64,000 nucleotides of DNA from an uncultured delta proteobacterium (GCA_963745835.1 CAVUZH010000018.1:32001-96000); one strand, 5' to 3'; numbered from the stretch's first letter, positions 10,803-20,881 are shown. Numbers and translations are program-made. Notes: a model not told the origin generated them from the letters alone.

Positions 10803-11135
10803 TTAGATCTTACCCTGCAGAAGAAACGCGATAACAAAACCGTACAAAGCCAACGCTTCAAGCAGCGCCAAACTTAGCAGCAATGGCAGAAACAGCCTAT
10901 CGGCAGCATTAGGATTGCGCCCGATACTTTCCATGGCTGTGGCGCCTACCCGACCCTGACCGAGAGCGGCACCAAACGCAGCGACCGCAACCGCCAAACC
11001 GGCAGCAATGGCAATTGCAGCTTTGACTTGCGAGTCCGCGCTGGTAGCGGCGACACCCTCGGCGGCTGCTAGAGCCAAGCTCGATGTAATCAGCGTCACG
11101 AACACGGCGCTCAGAAGCGACCATAGCTTTTTCAT
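10803..11135 (-). CDS. atpE: F0 ATP synthase subunit c with N-terminal hydrophobic extension
   Basis: AALGQG...IGRNP loop, LALLEALALY with the conserved Glu. Confidence 0.95.
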   Translation of the reverse strand: MKKLWSLLSAVFVTLITSSLALAAAEGVAATSADSQVKAAIAIAAGLAVAVAAFGAALGQGRVGATAMESIGRNPNAADRLFLPLLLSLALLEALALYGFVIAFLLQGKI

Positions 11136-11229
11136 CTTTGCCTCCTTTCCAGCGAGTTGGACTAAGCCTCTTCTTCCTTCTACCTCTCCACCTTCGCCCT
11201 TTCGCTTTATTTAACGTAATGATTCGATC

Positions 11230-12018
11230 TTAGTGAGCGTGCTCTTGCCCATTCTCATGAGCTTCATCATGTCCGTGAGAAATTGCCAAGCTAACATAAA
11301 TCATGCTCAACAGCATAAAAACTGCAGCTTGAATGATCGAAACGAGTGTACCGAGAGCATAAAAGATTACCGGCACAACTAATTTGGTGAGGTCCATGAA
11401 AACTTCGATGACGATATGGTCGCCCATCATGTTGCCGAAGAGCCGGAGAGCAAGAGAAACCGGGCGAAATAAGTGGGAGACAAATTCCAAAACGAAAAAG
11501 AACACTACGGAGAGTAACAAGAGAGGCACAAACGCCAACTTGCCCAGAAAACTCTGCGCCGGGAGACCAGTCATCGGACCGACAAAGTGTTTTAAATACC
11601 CGGCTCCCATTTCTTTGATGCCGATCACGTTATAGCCGATGAACGAAACCAGTGCCAAAGCAACAGTCGTATTTAAGTCACTGGTGGGCGGTGAGAAACC
11701 AGGCAGAAGTCCGATTAAGTTGCTGAACAAGATAAACAGAAAAAACGTACCGAAAAACGGAACGAATTTGCGCCCCTGCCTGCCAATAATCGCATCGCTT
11801 TGACTGACAACCAATCCAATCAGGAGCTCGGCGATGTTTCTGGTTCCCAGCTCCGCAGCGGGAACCGCAGGATCCTGTGCACGCGCCAGGGCCACCCGAC
11901 CCCGCCAGGCAAAAAGCAGGACAAACAATGCGCTCACCAAAGCAAAAAAGGTGTGCTGCGGAAGCTTGGCCTGCCAGTCATACGGCAGGAGCGCATACCA
12001 GGTAAAGGGATGTTCCAT
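11230..12018 (-). CDS. atpB: F0 ATP synthase subunit a
   Basis: SNLIGLLPGF, PPTSDLNTT, RPVSLALRLFGNM, IQAAVF. Confidence 0.96.
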   Translation of the reverse strand: MEHPFTWYALLPYDWQAKLPQHTFFALVSALFVLLFAWRGRVALARAQDPAVPAAELGTRNIAELLIGLVVSQSDAIIGRQGRKFVPFFGTFFLFILFSNLIGLLPGFSPPTSDLNTTVALALVSFIGYNVIGIKEMGAGYLKHFVGPMTGLPAQSFLGKLAFVPLLLLSVVFFFVLEFVSHLFRPVSLALRLFGNMMGDHIVIEVFMDLTKLVVPVIFYALGTLVSIIQAAVFMLLSMIYVSLAISHGHDEAHENGQEHAH

Positions 12019-12025
12019 TTTTCTC

Positions 12026-12397
12026 CTACTTGAGCGAATGAATCACGGCTTCAACCAAAACCGCCAGTAGCAAACTGGAAAATCCTAGTGCGAAGGACAA
12101 TCCATCGATTTGGAATCGAAAAAATAAAAGCGTCAGAAGCCCCAAGAAAATTATAATTTTCAAGATTAGCAGAGACACGCCTGCTTTGACGCGGCCCTTA
12201 CCCGCCAGCGGCCCCAAAACCCATAAGATGCCAAATCCAAGCAAAAAAAAATTCACGCCCATGAATGCGCCGCCCAGGAGAAGCGCCGTCAGGTCGATGA
12301 GTTTGGTTTGGCCGAGAGTTACAGCGGTCGCAAGGAGAAGCAATACATGCCAAAGTTCAACGCGAAGAATGGTTGCTGCACCAGCCTGCTGTGTCAT
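12026..12397 (-). CDS. atpI: ATP synthase subunit I (AtpI-like membrane protein)
   Basis: 123 aa, four hydrophobic segments, directly upstream of atpB. Confidence 0.75.
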   Translation of the reverse strand: MTQQAGAATILRVELWHVLLLLATAVTLGQTKLIDLTALLLGGAFMGVNFFLLGFGILWVLGPLAGKGRVKAGVSLLILKIIIFLGLLTLLFFRFQIDGLSFALGFSSLLLAVLVEAVIHSLK

Positions 12398-12633
12398 TCC
12401 GTTTGGTTGGGATAGAGCCTCATCACCCTACTGACGTCACGCGTGCTCCGATGGATGCAAGGTTATTGTCTCCCGACCAGCCATCGCTCTGAGTATAACT
12501 CCATGAAGCTCAAGACAACTGCACCATTACCGTTGTCGGCGTGGAAACGGCGTTCGGTTCCGATTGCGCATAGGAGGGCTGTCCTCCGCTGTCGCCACTG
12601 CGCTTAAATTTCTAACATGAAGGTATAGGGCGG

Positions 12634-13926
12634 TCAACTATGGTGATCACTTCGGCACCACGACTCGAAAGCGGCAACGGTTTTGTGTAAATCCGCGTTG
12701 GAATGAGACAGAGATATCATCATCGCTTCGAACGGGGCAGGTGGTAAATAGACCCCTCGCTCCAACATGCCGTGAAAAAACCTGGCGAAATTTTCACGAT
12801 CACATTGCCTGGCCTCGTCGGCATTGGAGACTCGTTCAACCCCGAAAAATAACGTCATCATTGAACCAGCCCGATTGATAGTCGCCTCGGTCTTATACTT
12901 CGCAAGTATCTTGGCAAAACTTTCCGCCAGGTATTTGCTTTTTTTTTCAAGCGTTTGATATGTGCCGCGACGCGAAAGCTGTTGCAACGTTGCCAGCCCG
13001 GCGGTGACGGCGAGTGGATTACCGGATAAGGTCCCGGCTTGATAGACCGGACCCAGGGGAGCGACCAAGTTCATTATATCGCGGCGTCCACCGAACGCCG
13101 CAAGGGGCAAGCCGCCGCCCAAAATCTTGCCCAAGCAAGTCAGATCCGGACGCACTCGGTAAACTCCTTGAGCGCCGCCCGATGAAAGACGAAAGCCCGT
13201 AACGACCTCATCAAAGATAAGCAAGCTGCCATATCGGCGGGTAATGCTTGCCAGGTTTGCAAGAAACTTTGGGGTCGGCGGAATCACGCCGATATTAGCG
13301 CAAACGGGTTCAACGATCACGGCCGCGATTTTATTGCCGTATTTAGAAAAGATTTTCTCAATACCCGTTATATCATTGTAACGAGCTATTAGTGTTTCAG
13401 CAGCCAACGCCGGCACCACCCCCGGACTGTCGGGCAATCCCAGCGTGGCAACTCCCGAGCCTGCCTTAACCAACAGTCCGTCTGCATGACCGTGGTAGCA
13501 GCCATCAAATTTTACGATTTTGCTGCGCTTGGTGAAGGCTCGTGCTAAACGTATTGCGCTCATTGTTGCTTCTGTGCCAGAACTCACCAGACGTATTTTT
13601 TCTATGCTCGGGATCAAACGGCAGACAGTTTCGGCCATTTGCAACTCCCGCTCGGTCGGTGCTCCGAATGTCGTGCCTTGCCGCAACGCATCCCGTAGGG
13701 CCCCGGTAACATAAGGGTGCGCATGACCGAGAATCAGCGGCCCCCAAGAGCCTACGTAATCGATATACTCATTGCCATCGACATCAATCACATGCGCGCC
13801 TTTACCGCGCGCGATAAATCGCGGCACACCTGTGACTGCGTGCCACGCTCGTACAGGACTGTTCACGCCACCCGGAATTTTTTCTTGCGCTCTGTCAAAA
13901 AGTCGCTTTGATTTGCCGATGATCAT
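12634..13926 (-). CDS. hemL: Glutamate-1-semialdehyde 2,1-aminomutase
   Basis: IPGGVNSPVRA, SSGTEATMSA, GCYHGH, FDEVVTGFR, LGKILGGGLP, YQAGTLSGNP. Confidence 0.97.
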   Translation of the reverse strand: MIIGKSKRLFDRAQEKIPGGVNSPVRAWHAVTGVPRFIARGKGAHVIDVDGNEYIDYVGSWGPLILGHAHPYVTGALRDALRQGTTFGAPTERELQMAETVCRLIPSIEKIRLVSSGTEATMSAIRLARAFTKRSKIVKFDGCYHGHADGLLVKAGSGVATLGLPDSPGVVPALAAETLIARYNDITGIEKIFSKYGNKIAAVIVEPVCANIGVIPPTPKFLANLASITRRYGSLLIFDEVVTGFRLSSGGAQGVYRVRPDLTCLGKILGGGLPLAAFGGRRDIMNLVAPLGPVYQAGTLSGNPLAVTAGLATLQQLSRRGTYQTLEKKSKYLAESFAKILAKYKTEATINRAGSMMTLFFGVERVSNADEARQCDRENFARFFHGMLERGVYLPPAPFEAMMISLSHSNADLHKTVAAFESWCRSDHHS

Positions 13927-13980
13927 TAGTCGAGTTCAGCTAGCACCGGCTTGTCAGGGTGTCAAGATTGCCGAACGATA

Positions 13981-14243
13981 AAAAATTTTTTTATAAAAAA
14001 TTTTTCCTTGAAATGGGTTATGAAAAGGACTATGACTTGCGCTTCGGCAATTTTTTGTATCTGCTCTCGCTTCGGTTTAGGCATCATAAGTCATGGGTTT
14101 TCATCGTTCGTTGTGGAACGAAAAGAATAGCAAAAAATTTGTCATCTATTCTCACTCGGTGCTTTTGTCGATTGAGTTCGTTGTTAATTCCGGTAAATAG
14201 CTGAAAGCCAAGCTGTTTTTTGATTATCCACAGCTGTGGATAA
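13981..14243. promoter_or_regulatory. oriC part 1 / dnaA promoter region with DnaA boxes
   Basis: Perfect inverted DnaA boxes TTATCCACA (14224-14232) and TGTGGATAA (14235-14243); A/T-only inverted repeat at 13981-14005. Confidence 0.85.
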
Positions 14244-14303
14244 CGTTGTTCGTAACTACAATAATTTTCTTTGAAAAATTAGCTACTTAGTTGGTGCGGA
14301 ACT

Positions 14304-15650
14304 ATGCTTGAAATGTGGGAAGAAGCTCTCAGACAATTGAGAGAAAAAGTCGGAAAACAAAATTTTGAAACGTGGATTAAACCAATTCACATTCAATCGA
14401 TCACCGGCGACGGCATCGTTCTCGGCGTTCCCAATAAATTTTTCCGGGATTGGTTGAGCGAACATTATTTTCCTCAGATTAGTGAAATTTTAGAATCTTT
14501 GACACATAAAGAGTTGAAGATTTCTCTCACTATCAACAATCAATCGCCGGTTGCGCGACCGGAAAAAGTGCCAAGAGCCGAAAAAAAGGAAGAACGGGAA
14601 CCTCATCCCAAGAATCCTTCGCGCGCCAACAATCTAGTTCCAAAATATACATTCGAGAATTTCGTCGTGGGTGCCAGCAATCAATTCGCTCATGCGGCTT
14701 CAATGGCAGTGGCCAACCAGCCTGGCGATCATTACAATCCGTTGTTCATCTATGGGGGCGTTGGTCTCGGCAAGACTCATCTTGCTAATGCGATCGGCCA
14801 TCGCGCTGCTGCGACTCGTTCGGGGCTAAAGATTTTTTATCTCAGTTCAGAGTCCTTCATGAACGAACTGATTGGCTCGCTCAGGCGCGATAAAATGGAC
14901 GAATTTAAGACAAAATTCAGAAACATCGATATTTTGATCGTCGATGATGTCCAGTTTATCGCCGGCAAAGAGAGAACTCAGGAAGAGTTTTTCCATACTT
15001 TCAACTCGCTTTATGAATCCCACAAGCAGATCGTCATCACTTCCGACAAATTTCCTAAGGAAATTCCCGGACTCGAAGATCGGCTGCGGAACCGGTTTGA
15101 ATGGGGTCTGATCGCAGATATTCAACCGCCGGACATAGAGACACGAGTGGCGATCATCCAAAAGAAAGCGGAAGGAGAGGGCATTCAACTGCCTCACGAT
15201 GTGGCAATTTTTCTGGCAACCAATATCGAATCCAATGTCAGAGAATTAGAAGGATCTTTAACCCGGCTTGGAGCATTTTCCTCTCTGACGAAGTCGCTAA
15301 TTACGATCGATCTTGCCAAGGAAGTACTTCACAATACCCTCAGAGGCGCAAAGAAGGAGATAACGGTGGAGAGCATTCAGAAAACGATCTGCGATTTCTA
15401 CAATCTTAAGCTCGGTGATTTAAAGGCCAAACGAAGAACAAAAAATATCGCCCTACCACGCCAAGTGGCGATGTATCTTTGCCGAAAGTATACCGAGACC
15501 TCTTTTCCAGCCATCGGGGATAAGTTCGGCGGCCGCGATCATTCGACCGTGATTCATGCATCCAAGACAATCGAAAAGCGAATCAAAGAAGATCCCTATA
15601 TGCAGAACACGATCGAGCGATTAGAGAGAAACTTAAATCTACATAAATAG
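14304..15650 (+). CDS. dnaA: Chromosomal replication initiator DnaA
   Basis: YTFENFVVG, YNPLFIYGGVGLGKTHL, DDVQF, TQEEFFHTFN, GGRDHSTVIHA. Confidence 0.99.
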   Translation: MLEMWEEALRQLREKVGKQNFETWIKPIHIQSITGDGIVLGVPNKFFRDWLSEHYFPQISEILESLTHKELKISLTINNQSPVARPEKVPRAEKKEEREPHPKNPSRANNLVPKYTFENFVVGASNQFAHAASMAVANQPGDHYNPLFIYGGVGLGKTHLANAIGHRAAATRSGLKIFYLSSESFMNELIGSLRRDKMDEFKTKFRNIDILIVDDVQFIAGKERTQEEFFHTFNSLYESHKQIVITSDKFPKEIPGLEDRLRNRFEWGLIADIQPPDIETRVAIIQKKAEGEGIQLPHDVAIFLATNIESNVRELEGSLTRLGAFSSLTKSLITIDLAKEVLHNTLRGAKKEITVESIQKTICDFYNLKLGDLKAKRRTKNIALPRQVAMYLCRKYTETSFPAIGDKFGGRDHSTVIHASKTIEKRIKEDPYMQNTIERLERNLNLHK

Positions 15651-15852
15651 CTGTGGATAAGCTGTGCCGAGCCAAAGAACAATTGTGGACAACTGGTGAG
15701 TGACCATCGCCTACGCTGTTCTCGCCAACTTAGCGCGCTTAACTCTAACGATTCAACCACAGGCCAAGATAGCTCAGTTGTTGAACTTTTGGCGGTTATC
15801 CGGGTTATGAACAGTCTCTATTGCTACTACTTCACTGATTTATATATATAAG
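15651..15852 (+). other. oriC part 2 (unwinding region): DnaA boxes, DnaA-trios, AT-rich tract
   Basis: TGTGGATAA 15652-15660, TGTGGACAA 15684-15692, tandem degenerate boxes TTATCCGGG/TTATGAACA 15796-15813, CTA-TTG-CTA-CTA-CTT 15818-15832, then TTTATATATATAA. Confidence 0.82.
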
Positions 15853-15876
15853 AGAAGAAGAGAGTCGGGAGGAAAC

Positions 15877-16983
15877 ATGGAGATTAAAGCAAAGCGAGGA
15901 GATCTTCTCGCCACGCTTTATTGGACCCAAAGCATCGTTGAACGCCGCAATACGATGCCCATTTTGGCAAATGTTCTTCTCGAGTCTCAAAAAAAAGACA
16001 TTCGCGTTACCGCCACGGACCTGGAAGTCGGTGTCAGAGGAAGTCTCGAAGGAGAAGTTGTCAAAGAGGGTTCGGTTACGGTGAATGCGAAGAAACTTTA
16101 TGAGATTGTTCGCGAGGTTCCGAACGAACACGTTCAACTTAAACGACTTGAAAATGATTGGGTCGAAATTCGCAGCGGAAAATCAGTTTTCAAGATTGTC
16201 GGAATGGATGCTCGTGAGTTTCCACAGTTTCCAAAATTTAGCCGCGATGGATTGACAACCACCCCCGCTTCGACACTTCGGGAAATGATCGAGGGCACGA
16301 TCTTTTCTGTTTCCACGGACGAAACGCGTTACAGTTTGAATGGAGTTTATGTTGAGCAGGGGGAGGCCGGTAACGTTCGTTTAGTAGCTACCGACGGTCA
16401 CCGGCTGGCTTTTGACGAGAGAAACCTCGGCTCTTTCGGGCTGGCAAAAGGTGTGATTTTGCCCAGGAAGGGGTTAGCGGAACTTAAGAAGCTTCTGGAA
16501 AGCGGCGATGATGGGGTTGTCTCTATCGGCTTTCGGGAGAACATGGGTCTTGTCATGAAAGACAGAGTCGAATTGTTTATGCGACTCATCGATGGCGACT
16601 TCCCTGATTACACGAAAGTGATCCCGAAAGGGAATCAGAATATTGCTCGTATCGAGCACGATGAATTGTTGCAAGCTCTACGGCGGGTTTCGATCATTTC
16701 AAGTGAACGTTACAAGGGCATCAAAATGGAATTCACGGAGGATAAGCTTTCCGTCTCAGCGAACAATCCGGATCTCGGCGAGGCGACCGAAGAAGTAGAG
16801 ATGGAGTATAAAGGAAAACCGATCAGTATAGGCTTTAATGCCCGCTATCTGATTGATGTGCTGCATGTGCTCGGCACTGATGGGGAGGTGCAAATCGAGC
16901 TAAAAGACGAACTCAGCCCGAGCTTGGTGAAGAAGGGCGGCAAAGAAGGCTACCTTTACGTCCTGATGCCGATGCGGTTGTAA
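15877..16983 (+). CDS. dnaN: DNA polymerase III beta sliding clamp
   Basis: TMPILANVLL, ATDLEVG, VATDGHRLA, RLIDGDFPDY, GFNARYLID, C-terminal VLMPMRL. Confidence 0.98.
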   Translation: MEIKAKRGDLLATLYWTQSIVERRNTMPILANVLLESQKKDIRVTATDLEVGVRGSLEGEVVKEGSVTVNAKKLYEIVREVPNEHVQLKRLENDWVEIRSGKSVFKIVGMDAREFPQFPKFSRDGLTTTPASTLREMIEGTIFSVSTDETRYSLNGVYVEQGEAGNVRLVATDGHRLAFDERNLGSFGLAKGVILPRKGLAELKKLLESGDDGVVSIGFRENMGLVMKDRVELFMRLIDGDFPDYTKVIPKGNQNIARIEHDELLQALRRVSIISSERYKGIKMEFTEDKLSVSANNPDLGEATEEVEMEYKGKPISIGFNARYLIDVLHVLGTDGEVQIELKDELSPSLVKKGGKEGYLYVLMPMRL

Positions 16984-17037
16984 TGTTTGTAATGCTCTAA
17001 CTTGGGTGAGTGACTTGAATGTGATTTGTTGCGAAAT

Positions 17038-17901
17038 CTAGCTCCGGTACTTTTCGTCTAACTGGTACTTTTCTTCTAAACCCACAATCCTGTTAAATTC
17101 ATCGAAGGGCATCAAGCGGTCCAAAATATCCACCGTTGTTCCGTCCCGGCGAAGCGTCGTATAAACCTCATTTAGCGACTTTGCTACCGAATAAAGCGGC
17201 GCCAGCGGCCAAACGACCAGGTCGAAGCCCAGATCACGCAGTTCTTGTGGTGCCATCAAAGGAGTGACACCCCGCTCTAGCATATTGGCTACTAATGGTC
17301 CCGGCACACAGCGCGCGATCTCGAGCATCTCTTCTTTTGTTTCCGGAGCCTCAATAAACACCGCATCGGCGCCAGCCTTCTTGAATGCAATTCCACGGGT
17401 GATCGCCTCATTCAAACCTAGAGCTTGTCGCGCGTCGGTGCGCGCAACGATGAAGAAGTCGCGGTTCCTTTTGGCGTCTATGGCAGCCTGCAATTTTTTT
17501 AATTGTTCTTCGAGTGGAATGACCTGCTTGCCTTTCATGTGCCCACATCGCTTAGGCCACACCTGGTCTTCTAAAAACATGCCGGCAGCGCCAATTCTGA
17601 TCAATTCATCGACGGTTCTAATAACGTTGATCGCGTTGCCGTAGCCGGTGTCGGCATCGACGATCACCGGCAAATCGGTCACCGAACAAATTCGCTGAGC
17701 TGCCGACAACATTTCCGTTTGGGTTAAAATACCGAAATCAGGCTCCCCAAGCATCGTTGCGGCAAGGCTATAACCGCTTATAAAGATAACTTCGAAACCT
17801 GTCTTAGTGGCGATCTGTGCGCTCAGCGCATCGTAGACTCCAGGCATGACCAACTGTCCGCTTTTTTTCAATGATCGCCGAATCATTTCCGCTTTGTCCA
17901 T
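17038..17901 (-). CDS. Isocitrate lyase/PEP mutase family C-C lyase
   Basis: PGVYDALSA, DADTGYG, EDQVWPKRCGH, ARTDA, GADAVFIEAP. Confidence 0.9.
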   Translation of the reverse strand: MDKAEMIRRSLKKSGQLVMPGVYDALSAQIATKTGFEVIFISGYSLAATMLGEPDFGILTQTEMLSAAQRICSVTDLPVIVDADTGYGNAINVIRTVDELIRIGAAGMFLEDQVWPKRCGHMKGKQVIPLEEQLKKLQAAIDAKRNRDFFIVARTDARQALGLNEAITRGIAFKKAGADAVFIEAPETKEEMLEIARCVPGPLVANMLERGVTPLMAPQELRDLGFDLVVWPLAPLYSVAKSLNEVYTTLRRDGTTVDILDRLMPFDEFNRIVGLEEKYQLDEKYRS

Positions 17902-17976
17902 AGGAAACTCCTAAGCCGGATTTATGAACAGCCGATCGGGCACGTGCTTCGGTGAACGAATCGGTGGGAAGTTAAC

Positions 17977-18342
17977 TCAGCGCCGCGGCCCGCCGCGGCC
18001 AAAACCGCGCTGCTGTCTTCCAGGCTCGGGCTTAGGCGCGGCGCGCAACAGCCTGGCAGATTTTAAGCCTAAAATATCAGCGCCATAGCGTGATTGGTCT
18101 AGGTGATCATAGCGAGCTTTGATCTTCTGACGGATCTGATTGCGCCTGGTCATATCTCGGAGAGCAGCTTTGAGATCTTCGAGATCGAGCGAGACAACGG
18201 CGTCATGACCACGCGCGGTAAAATGCAGCGTAAATCGTGATCCTTCGCCTTCACGCGCGCTGTAATCCATTTTTTTATCGATCGTACGAATGATTTCTCG
18301 GAGTAAAGCTTCTTCTTCTTGATGAACGCCTTTTCCAAACAT
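17977..18342 (-). CDS. Hypothetical protein with basic Gly/Arg-rich C-terminus
   Basis: GGGGAGG ribosome-binding site before ATG at 18342; protein-like 121 aa frame; no family recognised. Confidence 0.7.
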   Translation of the reverse strand: MFGKGVHQEEEALLREIIRTIDKKMDYSAREGEGSRFTLHFTARGHDAVVSLDLEDLKAALRDMTRRNQIRQKIKARYDHLDQSRYGADILGLKSARLLRAAPKPEPGRQQRGFGRGGPRR

Positions 18343-18495
18343 AATGATGTCCTCCCCTGGCAAATAGAGAATGCCCCTGAGCCACTTAATGGGATGAGTA
18401 CGATAAGCACCCATCTGCCAATTACCGCCAGGTTGTGAAAATCTACGCTAAACTACAGGTAAGATCAATCACCATAGAAGGTTCCCGCGTAAGAT

Positions 18496-18832
18496 TCAGA
18501 ACCACTCCAGGTGAGGCCGCAGGTCGAGGTTCGTGCATCCAAAAATAGGTGTTTGTTCGAACGTGAATAGGACGAGTTCGGCAATGCTATCCAGTGAAAT
18601 TCCCCAGGCCAAAGATTGACCTAACATCCGCCGCCTTTTGTACGAACTCGGCCCGGCTAACGTGGTTTGGACGACAGCGCTTTGCCTTGGCGAGTCGGAT
18701 TTCTTCAGCAACCCGGGGTGCTTGTCTCAGTGCGGAGATAAAAGCGCCACGGCATAAGCTTGGCGTGCCAAGGCGCGCGCTAGGGATGCGCCCCAATCCT
18801 CGTCCGACGCCGGCAGCGATGGTCGTTTCCAT
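18496..18832 (-). pseudogene. Decayed short-chain dehydrogenase/reductase
   Basis: Across frameshifts it reads METTIAAGVGRGLG/ASLARALARQAYAVALLS...VAEEIR (Rossmann start) and ends LDSIAE...WMHE/LDLRPHLEWF*. Only about 340 bp, so the catalytic middle is missing. Confidence 0.65.
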
Positions 18833-18836
18833 AGAA

Positions 18837-19802
18837 TTAGGAATGGTCGGTGGTATTGACGAATAATTCCTCAAGCGTCATTTTGCGGCCGAGCAGGCCT
18901 TGCTCCTGAGAATATTGCATCAACGTTTCCAGAGTCTTGCGATTGGCCTCGCCGAGTCCGTAAACCCAGGGATCTTTGCCGAGAATATCTTCCTGTTCTT
19001 CCAAGAAATGACGAAACCAGGCTAATGGGACGATTCTCGGATTTTCCAGTCGCTTGTATGCGGCAATTTTGGATTCCTCGAATGCCTGCATCAGGTTGAT
19101 CGGCACCCACGGATACTTATCGATCACTTCTTGCTTGATGGCCGTAGTGTGCATGATCGGAAAAATGCCCGTGCGCTTGAAATAATCCATTTCGAGATCC
19201 CGGTAATTTGGAAAAAGACGGGTAACTCGCGGATCTTTTTCCAAAATCGGTTGAATCACTTCAGGATGAACCAAAGCGTCCAATTCGCCATCGACTAGCA
19301 TTTGTTCAACATGTTTTCCTGAAGCTATCCGTTCGAGGTGCAAATCCGCGGGCGAGTTCCATTCGACTTCTTCATCATCTTGCTTGAACCAGTGGATCTG
19401 CTTATGCGGGACCTTATGCTCGTGCTCCAAAATGCCACGAATCCATAAATTTGCTGTAGCTTGAAAATTGCGCAGGCCTACTTTCTTGCCGATTAAGTCC
19501 ATCGGCTTGGCGATAGCTTTGCCAGAATTGAGAAAGATGAAGCCATGACGGAAGCGACGGTGAAGAAAAACCGGTATCGCATTAAACGCCAGGCCAACAT
19601 ACTTTGCCATAAGATAATTGGACATCGACAGTTCGGCGACATCGAACTCGCGATTGCGAACCATGCGCCAGTGGCGGATGTCCGAGGTCATATCGGTTAA
19701 TACCGTTAGTTCAATTCCGTCCGGCTTAACGCTTCCTTCTTTGAGTGCGCGGACGCTTTCGTAGTCCCCGCAAGCCAACGTGAGGTGTACCTTTGTACTC
19801 AT
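18837..19802 (-). CDS. 4,5-dihydroxyphthalate decarboxylase-like protein (binding-protein fold)
   Basis: LTLACGDY, EFDVAELSMS, IPVFLHRRFRH, TGIFPIMH, DPWVYGL, YSQEQGL; no signal peptide. Substrate not established. Confidence 0.78.
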   Translation of the reverse strand: MSTKVHLTLACGDYESVRALKEGSVKPDGIELTVLTDMTSDIRHWRMVRNREFDVAELSMSNYLMAKYVGLAFNAIPVFLHRRFRHGFIFLNSGKAIAKPMDLIGKKVGLRNFQATANLWIRGILEHEHKVPHKQIHWFKQDDEEVEWNSPADLHLERIASGKHVEQMLVDGELDALVHPEVIQPILEKDPRVTRLFPNYRDLEMDYFKRTGIFPIMHTTAIKQEVIDKYPWVPINLMQAFEESKIAAYKRLENPRIVPLAWFRHFLEEQEDILGKDPWVYGLGEANRKTLETLMQYSQEQGLLGRKMTLEELFVNTTDHS

Positions 19803-19849
19803 GCGGCCTATCTAGCACGGTTCACAGGGATTGCCAACGGAATGCCGAA

Positions 19850-19878
19850 TTGACTCTCTTATACGTCTTTGGTATTAC
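19850..19878 (+). promoter_or_regulatory. Putative sigma70 promoter
   Basis: TTGACT, 17 bp spacer, TATTAC with TG extension, upstream of the binding-protein gene. Confidence 0.45.
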
Positions 19879-19906
19879 GCATGGGCCGACATCATGAGAT
19901 CGGAGT

Positions 19907-20881
19907 TTGTCGATGAAAAAATGGCAGATCAATTCAGTCTTGCTCGGCATGTCTCTTTTTCTAGCCGTTCCGGGACTGGCTCAGAACCCGGTCCGCATCA
20001 ATTGGACGGCGGTAACCGGCGCGCAAAGCGGCATGTTCATGGCGCACCAGGAAGGATTATTCAAAAAACACGGAGCTGACGTCGAGTTGATTCATATTCC
20101 TTCGAGCTCGCGTGGCATTCAGGCGATACTGGCAGGTGAAATATCATTCTCCTTCATGGACGGCGCCAACGCGGCGCAGGCCAATCTCAAAGGAGCAAAC
20201 CTGGCTCTGGTTGCGGGAGCGACTAACCGGCAGGTCTTTTCCCTCATAGGCAAACCGGAATTCAAGCGTATCGCTGATTTGAAAGGAAAAAAGATCGGCA
20301 TTACCCGGGTGGGTTCCTCCACGCATACTTCGGCGCTCTTCGCGCTCGCCTCCGCTGGCTTGAGGACTAACGATTACCAGTTGTTGCCGCTACTGGAAGT
20401 GCCGAATATCTATACAGCTCTCGCGGCTGGTCAGATTGACGCCGGAGTCATGTCGCCACCGACAAACGCGCGAGCGAAGCGGTCCGGATTCGTCGAGTTG
20501 ATGAATGTCGCCAAAGAAGGACCCGAGTTCGTTTCGGTAGCGGTCGGAACGAGCCGTTCGTATATCAAGGCCAACGAAGAAATCGTGCGCCGAGTGGTGC
20601 GGGCGTACGCTGAAGGTGTTCAGTTATTTAAAAATAACAAGCCGGCGGCACTGAAAATGATTCAAAAACAGCTTAAGGTGAGTGATCCTGAAATCCAGGA
20701 AGATACGTACAGTCAATTTCGCGAATATCTGGAATATCCCCCCTACGTAAGCCGCAAAGGCATGGAAGCAGTACTAGCTGAACTGGCTGACAAAGAACCA
20801 GGGGCTAAGAACATGAAGTCGGAAGACCTTATGGATATGCGCTTTGTCGCCGAACTGGACAAGAAAGCCGGCGCAAAGTAG
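19907..20881 (+). CDS. ABC-type substrate-binding protein, NitT/TauT (SsuA/THI5-like)
   Basis: Signal peptide ending GLA-Q, GLFKKHGADVELI, DLKGKKIGITRVGS, ALAAGQIDAG. Likely ATG at 19913. Confidence 0.88.
   Translation: MSMKKWQINSVLLGMSLFLAVPGLAQNPVRINWTAVTGAQSGMFMAHQEGLFKKHGADVELIHIPSSSRGIQAILAGEISFSFMDGANAAQANLKGANLALVAGATNRQVFSLIGKPEFKRIADLKGKKIGITRVGSSTHTSALFALASAGLRTNDYQLLPLLEVPNIYTALAAGQIDAGVMSPPTNARAKRSGFVELMNVAKEGPEFVSVAVGTSRSYIKANEEIVRRVVRAYAEGVQLFKNNKPAALKMIQKQLKVSDPEIQEDTYSQFREYLEYPPYVSRKGMEAVLAELADKEPGAKNMKSEDLMDMRFVAELDKKAGAK

Noticed and set aside
10803-11135. Na+-translocating ATP synthase
   Set aside because: The helix-1 Gln is present, but the Glu is followed by Ala (EALALY) rather than the Ser/Thr of the Na+-binding motif.
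13959-14204. 81-aa ORF upstream of dnaA
   Set aside because: Low-complexity translation of AT-rich origin/promoter DNA; it is not rpmH.
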